A stretch of 63,155 nucleotides of DNA, filler included, from Reticulomyxa filosa (lineage: Eukaryota > Protista > Foraminifera): NCBI GenBank assembly GCA_000512085.1. It is 17 parts of 17 records of this genome, joined end to end, with 100 filler letters (N's around TTAATTAATTAA, not from the genome) between each part and the next. Parts side by side here need not be neighbours in the genome. Positions count along the whole stretch, not along the records: positions 13,723 to 20,111 come from ASPP01035632.1; positions 20,212 to 22,469 come from ASPP01008001.1; positions 22,570 to 24,065 come from ASPP01016315.1; positions 24,166 to 26,852 come from ASPP01007861.1; 13 more parts are not named here. The stretch is one strand, 5' to 3'. Positions 13,723-24,204 of the stretch are shown here, piece by piece. Both the position numbers and the translations under genes were made by a program. The first letter of the stretch is position 1, and each line of letters starts with the position of its first letter. Under the pieces are notes generated by a model that saw only the letters and a list, made by a program, of their open reading frames with translations, did no database searches and was not told the DNA's origin.

Positions 13723-13905
13723 TATATCCAATATTAAACAAAACCCAGAAAGATATAAAAATGTATGAAACTATAGTTAATACATATTGATATTTGTGTT
13801 ATTTGATAATAGGATAATCAAGATAACAAAGAAAAAGAAGTTGATCAATTATGTGCTCTTTCATTTTTATTTTTAATTAAATTACATTCACAAAACATAA
13901 AATAG

Positions 13906-14871
13906 TTGACAGCATATGTGATTGTGGATGAAAGAAAAATGTCGATAAAAATGAAAGAATTGACATTTGACGAGCTTTTTTGTCAAATTTGTACTTGCTT
14001 GGAGCCCAAATATTTACTAAAAATTAACAACGAACCTTTTAAAATGCAATTGGTTGATATGAAGAATAATACTATTGAATCAGACGAAGATGTGAGGAAA
14101 GAATTCAAAAATGGTGATCCTTTATTTAAACTACTTTGGGTTCCAAAAATTGAAAAAATTGGAAAAATAAAAACAATAAAAAACGCTTTAGTGGTAATGA
14201 TTGCCATTAGCGAATATTGTGACAACAAGATGTTGTGTAATCTTCCAAATGTGAGAGAAAAGGACGTAAAAAATTTCAGAGAAGTATTTAAACAAGAATT
14301 GAATTATGAATTTGTATGCAATGAAGAGTTTAAAATGAACAAAGAAGATATTGACGAATTTTTAGAAAATGTAATAGTCAATCATAAACTTTACAAAAAT
14401 AAAAGGAATTATGATGCATTGATAATAACAATATTGGGACATGGTGAAGGAGATGCACTAGTGACAAGTGATGGAGAACATGTTCCAGTAGATGAAATAC
14501 GTTCCTTATTTAATTGTAACAAAATGGAATCTTTGAAAGATTGTCCTAAAATATTTATCATTGATATTTGCCGTACTCCTCAAGTTTCAAACTTCATTAG
14601 AACAACAAAACAAAACAATATGTATGATAAATATGGTTTCTTAACGATACTGTCAACAACAAGTGGATATCAAATAGCTGCTTTATCATTGTTCAGCGAA
14701 GATATTAAACGTACAATTATTTCAAGGTACAAGATGGATTATCCTTTAACTCAAATATTAAAAGAAATTCGAGCAAATACTATGAAAAAAAGTGATGGAT
14801 GGTATTGTGTGGAAAGTCAAGATACAACTGATTATGACATTGTTTTTCAACAAAGAAGCAAAGCTTTTTAA
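13906..14871 (+). CDS. Caspase-family (C14) protease, paracaspase-like, with N-terminal PB1/ubiquitin-like segment; main exon, 5' exons incomplete
   Basis: NALVVMIAISEY...NLPNVREKDVKNFREVF...YDALIITILGHG (His codon 14440-14442)...LVTSDG...SLKDCPKIFIIDICR (Cys codon 14569-14571)...STTSGY. An AG acceptor lies at 13904-13905. Confidence 0.85.
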   Translation: MTAYVIVDERKMSIKMKELTFDELFCQICTCLEPKYLLKINNEPFKMQLVDMKNNTIESDEDVRKEFKNGDPLFKLLWVPKIEKIGKIKTIKNALVVMIAISEYCDNKMLCNLPNVREKDVKNFREVFKQELNYEFVCNEEFKMNKEDIDEFLENVIVNHKLYKNKRNYDALIITILGHGEGDALVTSDGEHVPVDEIRSLFNCNKMESLKDCPKIFIIDICRTPQVSNFIRTTKQNNMYDKYGFLTILSTTSGYQIAALSLFSEDIKRTIISRYKMDYPLTQILKEIRANTMKKSDGWYCVESQDTTDYDIVFQQRSKAF

Positions 14872-15659
14872 AGAGAATTTAAGCGATTGTGAGACTTTTT
14901 TATTGTTTACTTCTAAAAGTTTGGAAACATACAAGCCAAATTAACTACTTCTTGTGATTCACAAATCACTCCTTACATTGCTGTTTTGTATGTATCGAAT
15001 AAAAAATTCTCACAAAAATATATTTCAGAGCCATACCAATTTTCATTTTAAAAAGTTATTAATTCTCTTTTTTTTTTGTTTAGATAGATAAATGGATGTA
15101 TGAACAAATAGTAACAATACTTTATATCTTAAATCTATTTTCATTTGTATTGTAAAACTGAAATAATAAATGTCTTTTCTATCAGGACAATAGTAACTGT
15201 ATAAGTATCAATGACATCTTTGAACCTAAAAAATGAAATAACGCGCTACCATTTCTTTTCGAACAGTAAGAAAATTCAACTATCTGTCATTGCACTTGTT
15301 TCAAACAATTGCCGCGGGGGTGAATTAAATACTTTTTATTTATCTCTCTGTATTTATTAATTTCTGAGAATCATTATAATTATTCAAAACAAAAGTAAAT
15401 AAAATACTCAACTGAACAAAATCCAATTCGAACAATATTGAAAGAAAACTGTTTGTAATTCGAATACCAAAATTTCTGGATTAGATAAAAAAAATATCGA
15501 TATATTTTTACGAACAAATTGACGAAATGGTTTCAAAAAAGCTTAACAAAAAATTATAATTACTTAAATTGAGATTTATTTCGTCAACTCAATATTGAAA
15601 AGAATATTAACACACATACACCTTTCGATTTATCCAATCTACTCCTGAGCGTCTGTTTT

Positions 15660-18600
15660 TTATAGATTGAAGCTTTTACCGAACAAAAAGCTCTTTGCTT
15701 CTTGTTTATAAAACCATTCATAAATCGCCTTACCCATACGGATACAATATCCAACATTGTGACTTCGCAAATAACAATTTTCTGCGTCAATTTGAACTGG
15801 AAGATAAGGCCATTTTTTTGCAATCTCTGGAAACTCTCCCTCACGAGGAGAGTTGTTATGTTGAAATTTTTCATTTCCACAGTATAAATGTTGCATACTT
15901 TTTTCACTTTCAGCATCTCTCAATTCGACCGCTTTTTTGATATAATCTTTTAACCATATCTTATTTTGATTGATATTATTCAATTGAAAATATGCAAGTA
16001 AATATGGCTGTACCGCATTATCATTATTCTTGGGATGAGATGTATTTGATGGAATTTTCACCATCAATTGATTATCCACTCGCACCAAAATAGAGTCAGA
16101 TGTTTTACACAGACTTAAATATATTGTATGACCAGAAAAACCAACCACCAAACTTATTTCAGAACATTCATTGAATGATCCTGATTTTAAATGTATTAAA
16201 TGATCCACCACATTGCAACTCCAAATATCAATTAATTTTGGGAGTTTGGTTGACAGTGTTCTAGTTGTGATGTAGTCCCAATGTGTTGTCAATTGTACTT
16301 GTAATTCTTTCACACCTTTTTCATATACTTGTTCAAAAGTTGTTTTCTTTGGTAATTCGATGTGCCCTCTTTTTAATCGAACACATATTTCAAACAACAA
16401 AAATATTCGATAAATAAGAAATTGGCTTGGATACCATCCTTCATCAAATCTCTTTTCTTTGGACTCTTCAAATTCAATTGATTTAATATCTCTACTGGCT
16501 GCCCAATATAATGAGTTATTTTCGTGCAATATCTCCTCTAAGTTTTTCTGAGTCTCTCCCAACAAGAATGCAGCACCTTCTTGCAACAATATCTCATAAT
16601 TTTTTTCATCAATATCTTTTTTGACACCATTTTCATCAATTAATTTGTCTTTGACATAGTCAATAGCATATTCAATTTGTTCCATTGGATACACGGTTCG
16701 ACAATTCAATAAGAATTCGCACATGTTTATTTCGTTTACTTTATCCTCCTCTTTCTCTTCGCTAATTTGTTGTATGATACACTCAATAGGTGTTGGTAAT
16801 CTCTCTGCATTGAAAATACCTCCTCTGACATCAACCCTTGCACCTTGTTCAAGGAAATAACGGACAATATTCCAATGTTTGTTTTGTATTGCTAAGAGCA
16901 GAAGTGAGTATCCATCTTTGTTAAATACTTCATTGATGACAACATGATGACGTTTCAGTGCAAGCTTCAACAGTGATATATTGCCTGATTTAGCTGCTTC
17001 ACAGACAATGTCGTAACTTTTGTATTTTTTTGTGTTAAGAGAACTGCTAAAAGAAGGACGTGGAATATTATCAAAAGTTTTCCATTTTTGGTTTGTTGGA
17101 AATTCCCATTTGATTGCCTGATCTTCGCAACATTTTTTCAACGTATTGAAGGCATAAGAATTGCTGGGAGTATTTTCATCATAGGAATTGAATGAAATAC
17201 GAGGATTATATGTCAGCAGACCAAATGCCAATGCCTCCATAATGTCATGGCTATCCTCTGTTTCTTTGTTTTTATTCAAAGGTTGGACCGATTGACTCTT
17301 TTTTTCCTTTCTTTTCTTCTTATATTCTTTTAACGACTTCATTACAATACGTTGCCACATATCATCTGAAAACTCTGATAATAACTCATTAATAATCAAG
17401 GATATACCATCATGGCTTCTTTGCAATATTTGTAAAACTTTTGTCACGAATTGGTACAATTGCTTGTCATTCAAATTAATTGCAAATACTCCAAGTGTTT
17501 CTACACAGAAAGAACAAACTTGATTATTGTTATCATTGATTCCATCAATCAAATGTACAAATACTGTATTCAGCTGTTCTCTCTTTAATTTCAATGCTAT
17601 TGTTCGAAGTGTGGTCTTGTCATCTTTATCATTGAGTCTACTGATTAAATATTTAAATGTATCATCTAGTTGTTGTTCATTCAATTTCGATACAACGTTC
17701 CCAAGTAATTTACCACATACATGACGGGTAATACTCTTTCCCTGCTTATATCCATCAAGCAAATGATCGAAGGCAATATCAACTTGTTGCTCATTTAATT
17801 CCATTACAATTTTTTCAAGTGTTTCATCACAATGAGAACGTATATAATCTTTATCTTCCAACCCATTGATTAAACATTTAAATGCATCAGCTAGCTGTTT
17901 TTTTTCAATTTATCTACATATTCCGGAAGTACTCCGACACAGCAAAAAAAGATAGAGTCATCTTTATCCTTGAGTCCATTAAGCAACTCCTTGACAGTAT
18001 TGTTGAGTTGCTTTTTTTTAAAATTCGTAAGAGTCTTTTCAAGTAATTGTTCCGACGGCATACAAACACGAGTACTTTCATTTTTTTAAATTTCTCTACG
18101 AGAGGCTCGAGCGTGTGCGCACATTGTTTGCGAACAAATGTATCATCTTTTTATCATGTAAGCAATCTACCAAAGCATGTAAAGCATTTTCCAATTGTGT
18201 TTGATTTATGTTTATTGCCATTGCCATTCGTCCAAGAGATTCAGCACACGACATACGAACCAAATTATCTTTATTATTTTTGAATTTGTTGAGCAGACGT
18301 TTAAAAGCAGTTTCCATTTGATCTTTATTAAATTTCTTTGCAAGCTTTCCAATTGATTCTGTACACAAATATTGAACATTTTTATATGTATCATTAAATC
18401 CTTCCATCAAATATTCGAAAGTAGCATTCACTAGTTTTTCATTTATTTGCAATTGTGCTGATAAGGTTTGTTGAATTGCCTTTACACATAGATAACGGAC
18501 ACGTTTATTTTTGTCTTTAGATACTTTCATCACCAAATACTTAAGGAGATTTTCCGACTGTAATTGATTTAATAGTATTGATATTCCTTCAAGTAAATCA

Positions 18601-20111
18601 ACACACGCTTGGCGAGTCTTCTTATTACCAATTTTGAAAGTTTTCATCAATTCTTTCAGAGCAATTTTCAACTGTTCTTCATTCAATTGCTTGAATATGT
18701 CTTTAATCGATTCCATACATGACCAATGAACTAACTTATTATCATCGTTGACTAGTGTATCCATTAAGCATTTAAAAGCGCAATCCAATTGCTCTCGATT
18801 CCATTTCTTTGAAAGTGTTCCAATCCATTTTACACATTGATTGCGTAAATTTTTTCTGTCATCTTTTAATCCATCTTTCAAACATTCAAAAGAACAATGT
18901 ACTTGTTCTTCATTCAAGCCTGATAGAATTTCTTCGAATGCTTTTTCACAACATGTACCTAACTTATCTTTTTTGTCAAATTTCTTCATTAAGCTTATAA
19001 GAACACCCTTCAAGCAATCTTCTTTCAATTTCTTTGATATTTTTACCATCACATTTGCACATATCCGATTAATATTATTGCCCTCGTAATCTAATCCGTC
19101 AATCACAGTGTTCAAATTATATGCATAAGTTTCTATTAAAAACATTTCAAGTGATTCTGTAGATTGCCAAATATCCCAATGTCTGCTTCCTTTAGTCAAG
19201 CAATCGAATGCCTCCGGCAAGAATTTATCACCCAATTGTACAGCTATTTTTGCAAGTAGTCCCACACATGACTCAGGAAGTTTTTTCTCTTTGAATTTAT
19301 TCATAATAGTGCAAAAGATATTACTCAATTTTTCTTCATCCAAGTTTATCACCATTTCTCCAAATGACTTGACATTTGTGCTATTTGCATATTTACTTTC
19401 AAGCAAGCCATTCAATAAAGATGTCAATACTTCATTTAACTGATCTTCTTTCAATTTCATTGATATCATTCCATGCGATTCTTTACATATGATATCAATA
19501 AATTCATATCTAAGACATTCCACAAGCATACGTGAAGTTTCTGTAGAAACACACAAGTACGGTAGCACATTAAATATATGCTTTATTAATGCTCTCTTGT
19601 TTCCATCAAATCGATTACCATTTTTCTGTGTTTCTGATATTCTGCATTTACAATACTTAAAATAATCTGTAACATACGAGTGAATATCTGGATGAACAAG
19701 AACATACTGCAAGTTGGGTAAATACATTTCCATTGTCTTATTCAACGGTCTGTCCGCAATTCGCTTGCGTCTCGAATGAGTGACTTTGTCAGGAGTTGCC
19801 CATGCTTTGAGCCATTCTTTAAATGAGTAAATAAGTGTTTTGTGATAACCCTTTAGTTGAGGTGAAAGAAATTCGCTTTCTGTATCTGCTTTACAAGCAT
19901 CCAAACAACGTATATGTAACATTATTTGATGAATTGGAATCATTTGAAGTGGTAAAGATTGTAATTGTTTCCAAAAATATAATAAACCAGATCCTGAAGA
20001 ATCTTTTTCGTTTTCGATATTACCATATAATATTCCAGCCATAAATGGTATCATTATTGAATATTTTGGATTGAGTTGTTCTTTTGTTAAAATACGACAT
20101 ACTTCTTCATG
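15660..20111 (-). CDS. Large intronless NLR-like protein: NACHT-associated helical region, HEAT repeats, ankyrin repeats, putative cysteine-protease domain; 5'-partial
   Basis: ORFs 18096-20054 and 15660-17861 are in the same frame and join by adding one A at each of three runs (near 18150, 18084, 17901). About 39-aa HEAT repeats have the form L..AF.CL..GL.D....VR..C...LG.I...L..EQ. Ankyrins: IVCEAAKSGNISLLKLAL, DGYSLLLLAIQNKHWNIVRYFLEQGARVD. C-terminus: GHTIY...VDN...QIDAENC. Confidence 0.75.
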
Positions 20112-20211
20112 NNNNNNNNNNNNNNNNNNNNNNNNNNNNNNNNNNNNNNNNNNNNTTAATTAATTAANNNNNNNNNNNNNNNNNNNNNNNNNNNNNNNNN
20201 NNNNNNNNNNN

Positions 20212-20215
20212 ATAT

Positions 20216-20259
<44 letters not shown>

Positions 20260-20596
20260 GTAAATGCAATGGAAAAAAATACCTCGCGAAAAATGCTTGT
20301 CTTCACGAAAACGCATCCATTGCATGAATTGATCAATGGTTTGTAACAGGGCTTCAATCAAGTTTTTCCAATACAGTTGGTCATCACCCGTGGAAGCGCC
20401 ATTGCCCTGTTGGCAGTGCTCTTGCTTTTTTTTCTTGCACGTTCGCACGATTCTTATTGTGACGACGAGCATTTTGAATTAGTTGGAATAAATTGTTTGC
20501 GTCAAAGTCGCGCACCAAACGCAAGCACACCTGCGAGACAATTTGCAAAGATTCAGAAGTGGGCGAGGAGAAGGAAATAGCAGAGTAATGTTGGCG

Positions 20597-20629
<33 letters not shown>

Positions 20630-22428
20630 GTTGTTGGACTCCTCGTTTGAATGGAATGACAAAAGTGGTAACAGAAAATGATTCCACAATAACAGCCAGT
20701 CCATTTTGCAATCATTTTTTTGATCGTCTGCAACAAGAAGGGCCTGAAGAAACGCGGATATGGCTAATCTTTGAATCTCATTACTTTTGGCGCCACACAA
20801 AGACAGCAACTTTTGCCGTAGTAGCTTCCACAGCAGCAGATGATGCACATACATCAAGCTCGGGAAATTGTGGACGATGGAGGCGAGCAGATGGCTATGT
20901 TCAACATGCAGACACGCATCGGCCACAATCTTGCGCAACACTTTGCTCGGCGACATCAGAGACAGCAGCGACAGTTGTTTCAAAGTCCACACGTCGTCGT
21001 GGTCGTCATTGAGCAAGGAGTTGAACACCGTCAATATGTGATGGTCAATGTCATGAATCCCGTTCCATCCCAGCACGTCTTCCAGTTGTTCCGGAGTCGT
21101 TGTACCTTCCCAAAGCTCGTGGCACAATTGTTCTTTTCAATACCAACAACAATTTGTATGCGATATGAATTGTATGTCTCTAGCATTGCAATAAATAAAT
21201 GAACATATATATATATATATAAATATATATATACATATACCTTCATTTTCCAAGGACAAGACTTGAAAGAACTCGAGAAACAAGTCTTTCCAAGAAAGGA
21301 GAAGCTGGGAATCGTGCAGTTTTGCAAGCGTGGAGATAACGTGCAAAAGCATCTTGGCCAGTTTGACATTGGCGATCCACTCTTTGTTCCTGGCCAAAAG
21401 CGTGCGAATGTGACTGGCGTGCGTCGGCACCAGCGACCATTGCGAAGACGTGGCGACGAGGACTTGAATGGCGTGGTCGATTTCAGCAGACGTTCGTTTC
21501 CAATGGTCCTCGAAAATGGAGACAATTTCATCCACGTCCAAGTGCTCCACTTTGGTCCGATGTGTATCGATCCACTTTTTTTTCCGAGCCATTTCTTGCT
21601 CCAATCTGTGCAAGAGATTGGTCTTGAGTTGCGCGGACGCGCGACTTGGATTGCTGCTGCTGCTGCTGCTGCTGTCCTTATCACGGCCATCGTGTTGTAT
21701 GTGTATGCGTATGTCATTGCGATTGGAGCAAAACAAAATGATTTTTTTCCAAAGCAATAGCAGCATTAAATCTTGCTGATTTTGCGTTTGCGTTTGCGTT
21801 TGCGTTTGAATGAATTCTTGTCCAATGTGATATGTCCAACCCAACAATAGTGTTAGCAATTCGCTTTGATTCGAATCACTTGTCGACGTAGTAGTAGTAG
21901 CAGTAGTAGTAGTAGTAGTAGTAGTTGTTGTTGTTGTTGTTGTTATTTGTTGATCCCACAGCTGCAACCAATAATGCAGCACCTGCAACATCGACTTGAA
22001 TAGCTCAGACTCGCCTTTACTCTTGGCGTTTAACAACATGTCAATGAGTAGATGACATATCATCCATTCCAACACCTGCGGGTCATTGCTGTTGCTACAG
22101 TTGCGTCCTTCCCTCGGCCTCGGCCTTTTGTTCGCAGACGTGTACCATTGACACAGCCATCCCACTATCGCACGCTTCACTTTGTCCACACACTCGTTTG
22201 CTGATCGCTGTTGCTGTGATTGTGGTTGTGATTGTGATTGTAGCAACACATACACCGTGTTTTGTGACATGAAGGTAATATACATCGTCTCCAACAACTG
22301 CCAATGCACTTCACTCCATTCATCCCTTTCAAAGTACTGCTTCAATTCTCCCAATACTTTGTCTAAACTTTTCTGTCGAAAGTCCAAGTCGTTTTCGACT
22401 GAGTGAAGTTTGAGATATTGATGACTCA

Positions 22429-22430
<2 letters not shown>
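20212..22430 (-). CDS. Partial multi-exon alpha-helical protein with poly-Thr, poly-Ser, poly-Asn and (QT)n tracts
   Basis: ORFs 21137-22387 and 20384-21127 are separated by a (TA)n intron near 21150-21240. Coding microsatellites lie at about 20597-20630, 21781-21808 and 21888-21943. Confidence 0.6.
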
Positions 22431-22469
<39 letters not shown>

Positions 22470-22569
22470 NNNNNNNNNNNNNNNNNNNNNNNNNNNNNNN
22501 NNNNNNNNNNNNNTTAATTAATTAANNNNNNNNNNNNNNNNNNNNNNNNNNNNNNNNNNNNNNNNNNNN

Positions 22570-22800
22570 CAAACCCTTTCGGTTCCAACCCTTTTTAACA
22601 ATACATTCTGAGTTGCAGTCGGCCATTGCAATAACCAGTTTACCCAAGTGGGCAAGTTTTTCCTTGGAAAGATGGTTCAACTGGTTGTGGTCAATAGGCC
22701 AAAGACGCTCATCGGGCATGGACATGATGTTATTGGGATGATTATCTCCATCGAAATCCTCATTTTCGAAGATTTGATACTCGTGTATCAAAAGTGCCTT
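22570..22800 (-). pseudogene. ABC1/UbiB (ADCK) atypical kinase fragment, degenerate
   Basis: HEYQIFENEDFDGDNHPNNIMSMPDERLWPIDHNQLNHLSKEKLAHLGKLVIAMAD follows the ABC1 pattern QIF..G.F.gDPHPGNI...pDGrl.lID(Y/F)GQ...L. The conserved Pro and Gly residues are replaced. Confidence 0.6.
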
Positions 22801-23245
22801 AAGAAAAAGCACCACATTGGGCACCAAGAACCCATAATACGAGAGACAGAGCACCGACACTGACAGGTTGTCAGGCCACGTTAGTTGGATAAATAATAAG
22901 GTAAGCATGCAAGTGAGTAAAGTGTTAGTACGTTATGCAAATCGCTCAACTTCTTTATTGTATAAGAGAAAAGCTTCTCATGCAACAAACATGAAGGGGG
23001 AGAAAAAAGTTCGTCAAAGCAACAAAAATGTATGTGAAACATAAACTATAATTTGAAGTTAAAATAATTTCAAAAAATAAAAAATTTGGTAATTTTTAAA
23101 CAAAATTTGAAAAGTTATTTTTTTTTGACTTGATAATAGTGCTAGTGACAGCGGAACGGATCATGAAAACAAAAAAGGTTTTTTGATGTTGCAATTGATG
23201 ATCTTTTAAAGTACAGACAGTTATTGAAGAACCAACAAAAAAAAA

Positions 23246-23753
23246 ATGCTGAAAAAGATTGTATCATTGTGGTGGGTATTATGGTGTAGCACTTTGGTTG
23301 TATGGACGACTTTGGTAGTGACTGGCGACATGAGTACATGTCTGTCAGACGATCCTTGCATTGGGTGCAATCAAATGCTAAACTGTTCAACAGAAGGCTG
23401 GGGTGTATATGAAGGTGCCAGCAAACCGACACAATGTGGACACTCATGACAATGGTTTGTTAGTGGAAAATGAATTGAAAGAATTACGAACATGGACACA
23501 CTCATATCGTATAGTATTCCACAATAACACACTGACACCAATTTATTTAGGTTTTGGTCAGCTTTATTCCGTTATGCAAATATCACGTATTTTCGGACAG
23601 CATAAGTACTTACTAAATTCTCAAATATACGTAGATCCAAGGTATATGATTGATATCTATGAATATGGATTGAAGAGGTTACTCAGAGCATTTGTAGCAT
23701 TTGGGACGATACAACCTATTTCCACAAGAAAATATGTCTGGTCATTTGATTAG
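23246..23753 (+). pseudogene. Possible secreted Cys-containing protein, frameshifted or decayed
   Basis: A signal-peptide-like MLKKIVSLWWVLWCSTLVVWTTLVVTG is followed by a Cys-rich segment. The frame closes at 23449 and coding-like sequence continues in another frame. Confidence 0.3.
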
Positions 23754-24204
23754 TTTTTGCCATACTTTGGTGGCACTAAAACCACAACACAACCAGTTAC
23801 TACTTTGGTCCTTGATTATCCTTTTTTTTTGAATTAGTTATGGTCTTGTACGTATATATGTTCTAGGTGATTTTTTTTTTTTGTAGTGTACTTTGCACAT
23901 TTTATAAGCGTTGATTGATATTCTTTTGTATGATCAAATTAATTTAAAAACATTGAGAAAAAAAGAAGAAATATCTTTTTATTTTTAAAAAAGAAAATGA
24001 TGCTGTCTTTTTTTTTTAAAAATAACATTATTCGTCGCAAAAGTTTGGATAAATAGAAAAATGAANNNNNNNNNNNNNNNNNNNNNNNNNNNNNNNNNNN
24101 NNNNNNNNNTTAATTAATTAANNNNNNNNNNNNNNNNNNNNNNNNNNNNNNNNNNNNNNNNNNNNACACACACACACACACACACACAAACTTGCAACAA
24201 TACA

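Noticed and set aside
17895-18155. Euplotes-style programmed ribosomal frameshifting
   Set aside because: The shift sites lack a consistent AAA-stop signal and occur in both directions across genes, which fits homopolymer error better.
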